DNA of 62,172 bases, the filler included, from Sphacelaria rigidula (taxonomy: Eukaryota), in the NCBI GenBank assembly GCA_964200075.2. It is 6 parts of 6 records of this genome, joined end to end, with 100 filler letters (N's around TTAATTAATTAA, not from the genome) between each part and the next. Parts side by side here need not be neighbours in the genome. Positions count along the whole stretch, not along the records: positions 20,759 to 31,037 come from CAXNAA020006805.1; positions 31,138 to 41,416 come from CAXNAA020006806.1; 4 more parts are not named here. One strand, 5' to 3'. Below the pieces are notes generated by a model, which saw only the letters and a list, made by a program, of their open reading frames with translations, ran no database searches and was not told where the DNA came from. Position 1 is the first letter of the stretch. Each line of letters starts with the position of its first letter. Made by a program: the position numbers and the translations under genes. Of the stretch, positions 24,367-37,554 are shown piece after piece.

Positions 24367-25912
24367 AACCTTACTGATGATCGACTCCGTGACCGCCTGC
24401 CCAACTCCATGCTGCCCAGCCCCTTCTCACCCCTTTCCCACCCTGCAGCTCAAGATGTGATGAAAAGTACGGCGGGAGCGCACTCAGTCCTGTGTCTATA
24501 TCACGTTTGCAAAACTGCCCCAACATGGCAAGTCTCTTTTCATCCCGTAAGAAACCAAGTAAAACGATATACTTAAAGTACATTACCAGTGGCAGCTTCT
24601 AACGCGGGACCGAGCGCTGGCCACAGCTACAAGCTGCGTTCTTCGTTTTGAGTCCCTGATTGGTCGCGCTCTCCTTCATACTTTTACGCGCAAGTAAATT
24701 CTTATTTCTCCAGTGTTCCTCTTTTCTCTGATCTATCTGGGGACTTCCTTTAGGGGTTTTTACCTAATGCGATACGAATGCAAATGCAAGGGGTTGTCAT
24801 TATCCACAGGATAGGCGTACCCAACGTTAACAAGACCAAAACACAGGCTGAAGGAAATTCGAGAAAGAAGGAACATGAGAAAGTAAGGGTGGGGGAAAAC
24901 AGACTGAGCACAAAATAAGAAAGGAAATGACAGCAAAGGAAAAGAAAACAATCTAATCAGACAGACCAAGACCTAGTCCAGGTCGCACCGAAAAACGACA
25001 GACTACTGCCAATGGCCTCAAGGAAGGAGGCCTTACAAGCAAGCCAAGCCAAGCCAAGCCAAGCCAAGCAAAGCCAAAAACACAAGACACAAAAAAAAAA
25101 AAATAGAGCAGAACACCACAGAAAAAACAAGTAAACACGGACCAAAGAGAGAAGCAAAGAGAGAAAGAGGTGTACACCTCGCATTTTTCGTCTCACAGGA
25201 AAAGTGCAATCGTCCCAGCCCGCGCCCACAGCTAGCTATAGACTTCCGAATCTGATACTAACTTACTCGTCGTGAGTTTACTCCGACGAGATTTCAGCCA
25301 GTTTCTCATCTGCTTCTGGGTAGAACTCCGCAGCTGCGGGGCTTCAATCGAGGCCCATAACCGGGTAACACTCCGCAGCCGTGGGATTAAGATAAAGGTC
25401 CATTACCGCAGACGTAGCTCACGGGCCAGCCTGTAGGCTACATCAACCACCTACACAGCCAACATGCTACTCTGTAGGCCATGATCATTCTCCTCTACGC
25501 GCGTGGTTGCGACGTGGTTGTGGTTTGTTGATTGTGCTTAGTTCGCCCAACCAACCAACAACCACCCCCAATCGAGCGGCGGATCGGGGGCAAAGTGGGT
25601 CCATGTTCGTGCACCAACACGTATATCGGTGCCGCACATACCCCTACTATCGTGTGTCCTACCGAGATAGCGATGTACTACTGGTCGTGGCTGATGCGCC
25701 ACCAGCTATGACGGGAGGAATATACATGGCAATTGTTTTGGCCACGTAAGCGTTATCTCTCCAACGAACAAAAGTACTCCTGAACTTTATCAAGCAGCCC
25801 GTCCGCCCGTGTGGCGTCCGGTTAGGGGTCAGGCGATGACAGGGAAAATGCACCTTCAGCTGAAACATCGTCGGGAGTAAACAAGACGCCGATCAAAAAA
25901 ATTGAAACTGAC

Positions 25913-26050
25913 CCTGGTGTGCCGACGAGATTGTCATCTTGCCTCGTCACCGCAGCTCCCGTATTCAGCATAGCCAATCCAAAATCCGTCAGCTTGATCT
26001 CAGAATCATCCGCCCTCGACACATACAAAATGTTCTCCGGCTTCACGTCT
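25913..26050 (-). CDS. CAMK-group Ser/Thr protein kinase, exon with the catalytic loop and DFG
   Basis: cag|A GAC GTG AAG CCG GAG AAC...CCA GG|gtcag encodes (R)DVKPENILYVSRADDSEIKLTDFGLAML...LVGTPG. Phase matches the upstream exon ending in AG. Confidence 0.93.
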
Positions 26051-28276
26051 CTGCAAGAAAAAAGAAAAAAATGAACAAGATCGAAGGTACACCGATTCAT
26101 CATGCACCCGGATTCACGTCCGTGCAACAATCGGAACAGTTAAAAATACATGATGTCATGAAAAAATAGAGTATAGGCGAACCGTATGTGTATAATATGG
26201 ACATTTCTTTCACCAAAATAAAAGTTGTATGAATTGTAGATATGCGACTTCATGTGTGCATGACTCTGGAAAATAACATACTACGGAACATGACGGAAGT
26301 TGCACGCACTGCACATATAAATGCATGTTGTGGACTACTTCCTGTAAGACCTGCTTATCTGCAAAGTGAAAAAAAAAATATGAGTGTGACCGATGGACGT
26401 GCTGCTATAAAAAAAATACTTTTATTGGCACGAGATCTTCATTGTAATCATCGTTAGTCCCCAAACTGTAAAGACAACAAATTCATGTCAACAGGAATAA
26501 TCCGCAACCTTCACAGGCGCCCGGAGTGATGTGTACGATCGATATCTTCCTTCCGTAAAAAATGGCAGAGACGAGAAAAAAAACATGAACACGCGAACAA
26601 ATCAAACCACCAAGCAACAAAACGGACAAATGATCAACTCATTCAAAAATTAAACGATGGAGTCGGTCGGTAGGCTAGCTTCATCACTGCCCCACCCGAG
26701 CAAAGAGCATTACACACAAAACGAAGCAAACAGGAGAAGGAACAAAAGCGCAAGGAAAACAAAAATATAGGGGGAAAACAGGACACGAAATCTGCATGCA
26801 CTGCCTCGAATGAAACACATCACTCTGTCGATGACCAGCACTCTGGCACTACAGCAACAGCAGGATAGTCGCCTCGGTAAGCAATGCCTCAACCGATACC
26901 TCACTTACAAGACCCCCCTCCCCCTTGCCCCTCCGCGGACCACACCACTCGACCACGCCCACTCATCAAACGACGCTACCGCAAAATTGCAAGGGCAATG
27001 TTCCTGCGGCTATGATAGCACCAACTTGCGGCAACATGTAAACGCAGCACATCCGAAGTATCTACGGTATCACACCTACATGACACCTGGTATCGTACCA
27101 CAACGACACCGGTACATTTTTCGCGAGAACAAATGTGCTCCTTTGACGAAGCCAATACTCGAGAAAACAAGGCAAAACATACGATATATCACGAAATAAA
27201 CGGAGTGAATGCATTCCAAGTATATAGAAGGTACGTTCCTAACTTTCCTGCGGGGTCACGCAACCTTGATTCGTGGTCCCCTTCACAATATTTTTCACGG
27301 CCGATTATGTCGTCACGGCCAGGCGGCTCGCGAGCTGACTAGGCATCCAATTCAGGGACTAACCTGACAGCAAGAAAAATGAGAATATTCCACACTACAT
27401 CAACACACGGCAGACTCAGGGGAAACATGGCAAGGACATGGCCTCCAGGATTACCGGTCGTCCGCAGGAGCACAGTTGTTCTTTCCCATGGGATATGTAT
27501 ACTATAGGTAACGAAGCCATGTTGCAGAGGCCCGCCATTTCATTTTTTAATTCTTGTCCATGGTCGTTTGTTTTGCTTTTGTTTGGTCGTTCATGCGTGG
27601 GTGTTTTCTTTTGTTTTTCTTTTTCAGCGTACTCGTTGTGTCCATTCCACCTTTCCACTTCCTTCATTTTTCTTCAGCGAGTGTGTCCGTTTTGTTTAGT
27701 CAAGTGGAGAATGACGCCGGCTGAATCCCTGGGGGTCAGTTCAAGTGCGCCAATCAATCAAGTCAAATCAAATCAAACCAAATCAAACCAAACCATTCAT
27801 CTCCGGAAAGTCTTCTATGTGAAATTGGCTGGATCCTTGGGGGGGATCGGTTGATGTACGACTATCAATCACTCAAATAAAGAATGCACCTCCCCTGTTG
27901 CTCATTACCCCCTCAACAACGGCAGCGTAAAGGTCATCTTTCCTTGCCGACTTGACACGCCTACGCACCGGACAGTTGTTACACACACTGTTGGCCACAA
28001 AGGACGTGTGCAACTCACTCTGCTCAGACTGTGCCTATTAATAGCTACCACGCCGAACGGGTTTCAAAACCGATGAAATATTCTGAGAAAAAACACGAAC
28101 GAAATATGGAGAGGGCGTCAAGCAGCTTCGACTTCGTGTGCAGTTGATGTGAAACGTGTACAGTATTTCGAACACAAATGAAATGAAAAATAATTATCCT
28201 GACAAATATATATATACTACGTAGTATGAAATAGATTACAGTATTCTTCATTGTCATGGTATATTTGTGGCTCCAC

Positions 28277-28397
28277 CTGTGAAGGATACCGTTGGAATGG
28301 CAATCTTTGAGGGCGAGCGCCAGCTTGTGCAACAGCTTGGACGCGTCGGCTTCCGTGTAGTGGCCTCGCGCGACAATGCGATCGAATAGTTCGCCCC
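28277..28397 (-). CDS. CAMK-group kinase, exon for subdomains V-VIa
   Basis: cag|GG GGC GAA CTA TTC GAT...CAC AG|gtgga encodes GGELFDRIVARGHYTEADASKLLHKLALALKDCHSNGILHR. Confidence 0.93.
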
Positions 28398-28535
28398 CTG
28401 TCCGCGACGAAGAACGCAATCAAGTGCGTAACAGATATAGCAAGAAAAGGGAGATCAGCAACAACGACAACGACAACGACAACGATAACGACTATTGCTA
28501 CTACTAGTATGATTACCATTACTATTACTATTACT

Positions 28536-28875
28536 ACTCAGTTGGTAACCTCGAAACCTTCTGAAGGTTGGCTCGTGGGTTCAAATTTCGGAGCGATCTG
28601 GGATTTTTTCTCACACTGTGCCCAACAGTGGAGAGTGACTACGCCATGGATATACACAATTAGACTTAACGGTCGACGAGGGAAAGGGACCGCCGAACCC
28701 TTCTTACGATGAAAAATAAAGGTAAGCAACGCAGAAGGGAGGTGGGGTACAAAAAACAAAGAAAAAAATCAAAACCCTGTGTTGACCTTTCTCCTGTGTG
28801 ACCCCGCCAGATGCGCCCAAATACACCAAAAGATGGAGACCGGCGTCCAGAATAGATGGGACGAAAACACACACA
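28536..28875 (+). mobile_element. tRNA-derived SINE (slightly 5'-truncated) in a kinase intron
   Basis: A-box remnant CTCAGTTGG, stem-loop AACC-TTCTGAA-GGTT and B-box GGGTTCAAAT. The same head occurs at 41517-41590 (minus). Ends in (AC)n and microsatellite. Confidence 0.7.
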
Positions 28876-28964
28876 CTACTACTACATTACAATTGCTATT
28901 ACTACTATTACCACTACTATTGCTATTGCTATTACTAATTACTACCAGTACTACCACCACCACA

Positions 28965-28997
<33 letters not shown>

Positions 28998-29044
28998 GTT
29001 ACTGCTGCTACTACTGCTACTGCTACTGCTACTGCTACTGCTAC

Positions 29045-29078
<34 letters not shown>

Positions 29079-29192
29079 GCTGCTACTGCTACTACTACTA
29101 CTGCTACTGCTACTGCTACTGCTACTGCTACTGCTACTACTGCTATTGCTGCTACTGCTGCTGCTGCTGTTGCTACTACTACTGCTATTATT

Positions 29193-29225
<33 letters not shown>

Positions 29226-29350
29226 TTCTACTACTACTACTACTACTATTCTACTACTACTACTACTACTACTACTATTCTACTACTACGACTAATACCA
29301 TATCACTACTACTACTACTACTACTATTCTACTACTACGACTACTACCAT
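28876..29350. repeat. Compound trinucleotide microsatellite (ACT/GCT/ACC/ATT)n
   Basis: About 470 bp of in-register triplet repeats, read directly. Confidence 0.97.
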
Positions 29351-29510
29351 ATCACCATCGACCACAACATCAACTATGACAACATTCCACCGAAAGCAGA
29401 AACACGTGGCACCTCCACTCGTTGAACAGGTGTAATCCACAGGGGTACCACCGTCGAAACTGCAATGCGGTCTACAGTCAGCCTACATCATCGCTTTTTG
29501 TTGCACTCAC

Positions 29511-29607
29511 CGTCCAGTTTCTCCAGGGCAATGCAGATCTTGCTCGGGTCGCCGAACACTCCCAGCATGGCTATCAGACATGGATTTCGAGAGTTGTCAC
29601 GCACTCG
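29511..29607 (-). CDS. CAMK-group kinase, exon for subdomains IV-V
   Basis: cag|CGA GTG CGT...CTG GAC G|gtgag encodes RVRDNSRNPCLIAMLGVFGDPSKICIALEKLD(G). Its phase-1 end joins the GG of the next exon to give LDGGELF. Confidence 0.85.
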
Positions 29608-31199
29608 CTGAGGTGATTGGTTCATTGATCGATTTTTTTCATCATCCCAGCAGGACAGCAAGCAGGACAGCAAGTAGCACAGCAAGCAGCACAGCAAGCA
29701 GATGAAGACACGACAATAGAAAAACGTACAAAAAAATCATGGAAACTGCGGCTAATAAAGGAACGAGGTGTATCTCCTACTCTGTCGAAAAATTGAAGGT
29801 TGTGTTGTGTACGATATTCTGGATGGAAGTATGAAATACGGTATGTACAAAAGTATACAGAGTATTTTTTTTTGGCGGAAAATACCCTTCCGGACCATTC
29901 GGGAGAGTTCGGAACAGGAGTCGACACCCTGCCGGATCATACCGGGATGCTCGGCAATGATTTCGGTACGGTTTAGTAGGTCAACCAAACATCCCCCACT
30001 TCCGGGTATAGCCTATCTAAACGGAACACAACCTTGGAAAAATACAAGTTGGCCGATGACATAGTGGGGTTCACGCGAACTCGTCGCCGAAATTTTGCGA
30101 TTGAAGCATGTTTTAAAACTACGAGCCCTTGTTTTCGGATCCTTGCGGGGACTCGTCCAGCGTGCATAGCACATGTTTTGGTTTCTATGTTGTGGTACAA
30201 TAGGCACCACTTCAGCTTCGCCTACGCATAACTTGCTCAGCGTATTCTCTGCACCGTACCTACGAGAGGGTTTCTCGGCCCGCCATGGGCTTGCGCTTGC
30301 AATGCGGTTGGCCATAGGGTGTGACATATACCATACGTTCTGCCCGTGGAATTCTGGTTTTATTCATTCATTGATCGTCGCACCATTTCCGTGGGTAGAC
30401 TTTACAACACTCAAACACTGTGACGATAATCATAGGTCGTGTCATGTCAAAAGGTTCACTCTTTCAACGGGAAGTGTCTCAAAGCAGAGCAGGACCCTCT
30501 CGATAATCGGTGAAGGCAAAAAAAGGGGGTCACACGTGGTATACGCTTTTGTAGCTATGCACTCGTAAATCTTGGTTACACACCATTGCCCAAAACATTA
30601 CACGCGACCAGCGTCTTTTGTTTCACCGGAGATACCTCCATCTCCTCTTGATAGCCGAATGCGTGTTAGAGTATGTCCCGACAGCGAGTCAGGCACTACG
30701 CCACGCCCCGCTGGGATACACCAGACCGCCTCACGGGTGCCCTAAACCTTACACCATTAGATGGGGAAAATGCGGGTTCGACTCCGCAGATGCATTTGTG
30801 TTTTAAGTTTTTCAAAGAATCGGATATCCGCACTTGAAAGGTGAGAATGAGGGTAGCTGTAGCAAAAAGAAGTCAAAAGAAGTGACTTCACGAGACTCGA
30901 CTCGACGCGGGTGCGGAACTGCTGATCCAACCCCGCGGTACAAGAATGTAGAGAGGGAGTGTACCGGAGGGGGGTGTACTCATGATCATGCTTGCCATAG
31001 TCTGAAGACCATTCACCTCGCATCCCTACAAAGCCGGNNNNNNNNNNNNNNNNNNNNNNNNNNNNNNNNNNNNNNNNNNNNTTAATTAATTAANNNNNNN
31101 NNNNNNNNNNNNNNNNNNNNNNNNNNNNNNNNNNNNNCCCAAAACCATGCACGTTTTGGGGGGGGGGGCTATCGTAGAAAGTGTCTTTGATCATTGACC

Positions 31200-31975
31200 A
31201 CGGCATCTTTTTTGAGACGAAGCACCGCTCCTACTCCTGATGAAGACACCTCCAACATTTGGGTGATAATTGCGTTTCTTCCATCCATTACACAAAACCT
31301 TGTACATATCTTACCCCCCCACCTGTTTCGCCGTCTGTGGCCACCGTCTATCTCCTAATTGATCGATCGTTTTCTCGCTACTGTGCAATGTACGAAACTA
31401 TTCCATGCCACTTTCGTGTACATACCACATCCTCCCTCTAGCACGTCCCGTTCCTCCTTGTATAATTCACACTCTGCCACTGTATGAGTTTGCCCCTATT
31501 GCTCTGCCACAGGGGCAACTCTGTGCTTCTACTTCCTCCTCCACTCGACTACCTGTATCCCTCTTTCTTCTTTCTGGTAGGATCATGACCTCTACCCGAA
31601 ACACGTTCTACGATAATCCCTCCGACACAAAGTGGCTGGTTTGGGGAGACACAATCTACACGTAAGTCGAAATGAAAAAAGCCGGGCACAACGATCAGCT
31701 GGAAATTCTAACGCTTGGGTTCGTTTGCGCCCATGTCGTCCATATGAGGCACTTCATGCAGTCTGAAACCGAATATCAGGCGCTGTATGACCATTTTCTT
31801 TGTGATAGTTTTGGACTGGTTGTGGAGGGTGAGGGGCTATCGTCGAAAGTGTCCCGACGTTTGACTTTCAACTTCTTTGCGGAGTTGATTGACCCCCGCA
31901 GATATATTTCATCCTTATTCCCTTTTTCAACCTCCCGTATATCGTCGGGTGCACTTCCTCGTCTACTTTTCGTCT
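31200..31975 (-). mobile_element. LINE 3' fragment (same family as 12813-13560), split by a MITE
   Basis: YLRGSINSAKKLKVKR, then the MITE, then ILPERRK...CPCGRAIG...YSGRV. Homology continues across the insertion. Confidence 0.75.
31600..31853. mobile_element. MITE family A (TIR GACACTTTCTACGATAGCCCC), 4-bp TSD CCGA
   Basis: Termini AACACGTTCTACGATA and GGGGCTATCGTCGAAAGTGTC, with CCGA at 31596-31599 and 31854-31857. Confidence 0.85.
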
Positions 31976-32212
31976 TCGCGATAGGGGGAATGTTTGATTT
32001 CACAAAAAAAGGTTCATAAGTGTGTCAGACGACCCAACACACTCGCGGTGTGCTTGTATTTGGGTAAAAACGATGTTAAGCAGTCTAAATGAGCGTTATT
32101 GATGGGTAATAAGCGCTTTTGAACAAACGTTGCTTCTTTCAACGACGATTTGAACTAAGTTGTTGTGGAAGAAGGCCCCCTAAGGTCCCCCGTCCCTAAT
32201 CTATCATGACTC
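31972..32212. mobile_element. MITE family B, degenerate copy
   Basis: Internal sequence matches 38332-38588 (AGACGACC.AACACACTCGCG.TG.GCTTGT.TTTGG...AATGAGCGTTAT) and ends in CATGACTC. Confidence 0.65.
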
Positions 32213-35200
32213 GGATGCTCAGTAGCTTACATACCTTGTCAGAGAGATCTGAGCAAGATTGTTGAACATGGTCGGAGAGGGGCCGTTCTGGACAACTCTA
32301 GTGCTTCATGTGGTCGTGAACGAGTGTGTCGGTGGTGTCCGCGGCCGTGAATTCCCAGAGGTCGCTGCGTACACACACGCTTGGTGACTGAACCCGTCAG
32401 TGCAGAGTACAATGTAGGTGTTAATACGACCTGTGGTCGGGTAGAGGACCGAAGTAGTCAAACGACCCGAGGGTACTGCGGAAACTGGGGAAATTCATGG
32501 AATTTGCGGGCAAGCATACTGTCTGTCGCAACGGTTTCGGAGCATGGCACTTGAAGCATCGTCGAATATAGAATCGGTTAGAGGCTTCCGTACCAGCCCA
32601 CCATTAAACGCATTGGTGCGTTTACACACGAGTGCTTATACCTCAAAGATGTTTGGTGGTGGCAGTGTGCCAACCGGGACCATATGGTCAAATAGAAAGG
32701 GGACCGGGCAACCGAGCAGTGAATATCTAATGGCTGCACAGTATAATGGTTCCGCTTGTTGTTCGCGAGCTCAACCGCAGTGGGAGTAGTAAGTAAAAAG
32801 TTTGCGCAGTAGGCCTTCCGCCGGAGAGCCGACCAAACATGCTGGAGTAGGCGGCGAGGAAAGAGGCGGCAGGGCCGAGATGCCAACGTCAATATTCACA
32901 TCGAGACCTATGTCCGGGTTCTCCACTCCATTGTCAGAACTGGTTGATGTTGGTGTCGCCGTAGAACGCGGCGCTGCTTTAATAGTGCACGACGGAGATC
33001 ATACTCGGCGCGTGTTGCGCGTGTATCCCATTCTAGTCGTCGTGAGGCGCTGCGTGTGGTTCTGTGGGGTCGGCGCTGCCGGCTTGCAGTATTAGCGGAG
33101 GTTGTCGGCCGCGGCGGGGTTCACGAGGGGTTCGTGCGTGCAGCAGCCCGAAAGCGCATATTGTCGGACACTAGATGAATCACCGAGTGTGGTGACGTGA
33201 AGAAGTTAGCGGAGCACCAAAATTGAGGAAATCGACAGAATCGGCGATCATGGGCTTTAGCCCATCCAAGACGGCATGCGGTAGAGGGCGAGGCCCTTCC
33301 ATATGCATACTCTTTTCGAGGCACTGAAGGTGAAGGGCGTAGACGGGTGTACATGAACGCCGAATAGGGTAAACCCTAGGGCCATCAGGTTCATTGATTG
33401 AGCAATCTGGACTGGAATCCGCCGTCGTTGGGGGCAAGAGAAGTCGGGAGAAAAGATTAGCATTCACGTTGGTTTCGCCTGGACAATGCTCAATGGTATA
33501 CTGGCAAGCTGTCAAAAATTCCAACTAACGATTGTACACGCGGATGATGTTCGCCAACCTTGGCCAGTTGTCGTCGTGCCCCATGTTCCTTGTGGATTTG
33601 GAAGGGTACGGTACGTGGCACGAAAATCGTCGAACATGCTTAATGGTCGAGGTGATTACCCCGCCCTCCAACTCCATGGACTCTAAGTGGACGAGTTGAG
33701 CATCGTGCCGTGGCTGATATAGGGTATGGGTCGAAGGGAACAATGTTCTTGAGGTTGATATAGTACCGCACCAGCCCCACTTACGCTGGCGTCCGTGTGC
33801 AGTTGGAACGGGTGAGGGCCGTCTTAAACTGCATCCCAATCTGGGAAGCTGAGGACCGGTTCTTCGGTAAGCGTTACCAACAATCTGCGAACGATAGTTT
33901 CCATTTCTGTGGTGAACACACACGCGACGCTTTTTTTAGTAACTCAGTAAGAACACAGATCATTTGGGACGAATTTGGCAATAGGGTTGTATTGTAGGAG
34001 CGTCAGCCCAACACTGAACGAAATCGAGAAACACTGGTGGACGTTAGTAATTCGACCATTCCCTGACTTTGCTAGCATCCGAATGCAGATCTGCGGGTGA
34101 AATTGAACGTCCAACAAAGTCAATTGCGCCAGGGCGGGCTTGGGAAGGAAACGTTTTAGATCGTGGACTCATAGACGGGAAATAAATTCTCGTAGAGTGC
34201 GTGGATGCAAGGTGGGTAAAACATCGGAAGCGATGGCGTCATCCACGTACAGTATGACGTTCGTGTGGCAATCCGCGATGCATTTCATTAGGCGTTGAGA
34301 GCATCTCGGGGCAGAGGCAGCGCTTCGTGGAATACGAAGCGATTCGTAGAATCTGGGTGAAGTACACAATGTCGTTAGTGGGACTGTGTCAGGGTGGACA
34401 CCATTGTGAAAAAACAAAAGTAAGGCCGATAATATTAATGAATATATGTCCTTTGCCGAAGGCATCAAAGAATGCGGGGGATCAGAAGTGTACTAGCAGC
34501 AGTGATGTTATTTAGCCCTTGATAATTCACGGTAATGCGCGTGTTTCATCCTTTTCGGGGACGACCACAAGTGGTAGAGTCCAAGTACAGGAGGAATGTT
34601 ACATTAACGAGATCCCAAGCATGCATTCAAGATAGCATATACTTTCCTGGCAAGGACTGGGTGGGTCCGGTATGGTCTCAAGACATTGGTAATGTTCAAG
34701 ATCTACCTTCGATCGAGCAAACTGGTCCTGGTACTGTAACAGGATATCACTCAGTTCTTGGATGACAGCTGGTTCCCAACCGGGCCAATGAAAGTAAATA
34801 TTCATGTCATGCGAGTGTGGTGGTAGTTGCTTCCACTTGTCCAAGAACCTATCCGGAGATTCTGGAAAAGGGCATTAAAGCACTTCAGTAGGAAAATCAA
34901 AAGTTGACTGGCCAGGGTCCACATTTGGAACATCAGATGGAGTGGTAGACGCTAGGTCGAAATAAGAGTCGTCCGCACAGTTGACAAAACGTCATGTCGG
35001 AGACGCGGTGGTGGGCGTCGGAGGGACAGTCACGCCTGTCTCGAGCAGGCTTTGCATCAGGGGAGCAGCGGCGATCCCCAGTATATGGCCGGGTTCCAAG
35101 TTAGTATGGTCCTTGTGGAGCAGGATTTGTTTTCTCGCTGAGGCGAATTGCTCCGTGTCGGCCGGCGCACCAATACGGGAAAAACCTCTGTATGAGAATG

Positions 35201-37297
35201 TCCTGAAAGTAGAGGCATGCCATTTCAGCGAAGTAAAACTTGACGATCATCGGAGTGCAATACCAGCACTTCTATTGTATCGTCGGGAGCAATGCTACGG
35301 TAGGGGTTGCACTTTTTCAGCGAAAACGTTTCTTGGGGCTACCTGGGGTGTTGAACGGATCACTTCGAGAATCGGCATCATTTTTACTTAAAATAATGCC
35401 GATACACGAAAAGGCCCTTGCCTGCAAACACCATGTTTCTGGGAGTCTAGTCCCCGGAGATATGGGTTACACAGTAAGCCCCATATATTCAGGTTCCTAC
35501 AGAAAAGAGACCCGGAAACAGCAAGTGCAACTCGTACCGTAGCATTGCTGTCGGTGGTGAACAGCTCCGGCCGCTTGACGACGTTTTTGGTATGCCAGGG
35601 TGCTGTGGAGTGTACCATAGTAATCAAGGTTGGATTCTCGTCGAGACACAGACTGTGGTGATGATGATGGTCACGTGCGGTAGGTTCGTTCATACGGCTA
35701 CATGTAGCTATCTCTGCTCAGCAAGATGGCATCATGGATAGTGCTGTCAGGAACAGCGTATGTGCAGATTACAAGACTGGCAGAGCAGGCTGTGTTGTTG
35801 AAAAAATGTACACGGAGACGTAAGGAGGTTCGTGTGGTCAGAGGTGCGGTAGAACCACCAAAGCCGCCTCATACACGAGACTGGGAGATGTTTTCACAAG
35901 TTGTAGCAGCAGCGCCAGTCCGTTGCGTGCGTTTCCACGTTGATTCACGAATTTATATTCTTGGGCTGCCGCTATCCTACACGGATACGCGTTTCAGAGC
36001 TGTGGTAGCGCTCGGACCAAAAGGGTCGCTATAGATGCAGTGAAAGTGGCAGGGTCCACGGGTTCTTCTGCGCCGGCAAGGTCCGGGGCATGTTCAGGCA
36101 ACATGAATTGATTGAGGTCAGGGGGGCTGACAGCGAAAACCGATGGCGGATGATTCACCGGTTGATCATAACTTTCAACGATAAAGGTGGTGAACGCCAT
36201 ACCATCCTTAGGTGTGGCACGGCTGGGCTGGTGATCAGAAATGCCGTATATTACCATCTTGAGGAAAGAACGACTAACACCCGAGATGGATCCAGACTGT
36301 TCCGCACTAGAGACGTCTATTGAATGAGCAGCGGCGTCGGAAATGTTAAATTCTGTTTCTTCCGCGACGCTTGATACAACCGTCGAGCTAAAAGTAGTTT
36401 CTCCTTGGAGAAAATGAGGTACGTGATGTGCGCACTTCCCTGGGGCGTATTTACAAGGCTCTCTTTTGACTGTACAAGGGTCGGGAACTTACAACGTTTG
36501 TTGGGGAGCCACAGCTGCGTTCAACCAGGTGGGTAAGGCCAGCATCGGGGCATGATCGGGCGAACATTGAGGACTTTCCGATGGCAAGGTTGGCTGAGGA
36601 GTCATAGCCGAAGGTAAACTAGGGCGGGTCTTATGAGAAACAGCCACGGGAAGCTTGCCACGTTTTGATGGTCGCGGGAAAGGAGCTCGGTCAAGCTGGG
36701 TAGGTATTTCATTATCCGAAGTGGTGAGTTCAAATCAGCAGCACTTGAGTCAGCCGACGTAAGCACAGTACTTACCACCCGTGCGCGTTGTCGCTGAGGG
36801 GAACCTTTGTCCCAGTGGCCGGTGGTTGTTCCCACATCTCAGATTCACACTCGGTTCTGAAGGACCAAGTCCAGATACGAGCGTAGATATGACTTGCGGG
36901 GCAACACCACTGTCACGTTATGTGTATAGGATTCAACGCGGGGGTTTGAAACGGTCCGCTGAAACTGGCGCTCCTGCATTGTGCCGGGGTAAGTGAGCGA
37001 ACACTATCAGTCGCTGGTACCGTGGGCTGTGTTGACCAAGTCTTCACAAGTAAATGCTGTCAGCGATACCGGAGACTTCAGAACGCTGACGTCGGCACGT
37101 CACGGGCCGGTGCGATCGATCGCAAAGGAACCAGGGTTTCCGTTGTTGAGGTTCGACTTGTCATAAGTCGATCCCGTCCGCTCATGTCTGGCAGTGGATT
37201 TCTGGTTGTTTGCGAGAAGAAGTACCTCTCCTGCGAGAGCCAGAATGGGTAATATTTTATATCGGTGATCGCGATTAGAGCGGTTATTGCCGAGATT

Positions 37298-37554
37298 GAC
37301 ACTCTCTACGATAGCCCCCCGCACAGAAAGTGGCTAGTTTGGGGAGGCAACATCTGCACGTAAATTGAAATGAATAAAGCCGGGCACAACGCAGCCAGAA
37401 ATTCCAATGCTTGGGTTCGTTCTTGCCTATGTTGCCCATATGTGGCGCTTCATGCAGCCTGAAACCAAACATCAGGCGCTGTATGACCATTCTCTCCGTG
37501 ACAGTTTTGGGCTGCTCTTTTTTTTTGGGGGGGGGGGGTATCGTAGAAATAGTC
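37298..37554. mobile_element. MITE family A, 4-bp TSD GATT
   Basis: GACACTCTCTACGATAGCCCC and GGGGTATCGTAGAAATAGTC, flanked by GATT at 37294-37297 and 37555-37558. Confidence 0.85.

Noticed and set aside
25659..25750. YVAK in a minus-strand ORF as the next kinase exon
   Set aside because: It reads YVAKT rather than Y.APE, has no AG acceptor in the needed phase, and has no downstream kinase motifs.
28779..29435. Long Thr/Ala-rich and Tyr/Cys-rich ORFs
   Set aside because: They are translations of a triplet microsatellite inside a kinase intron.
30625..30795. Upstream kinase exon (AIK) or tRNA-like GGTTCGACTCC hairpin
   Set aside because: No convincing splice pair or Gly-rich loop for an exon, and no A-box or cloverleaf for a tRNA.
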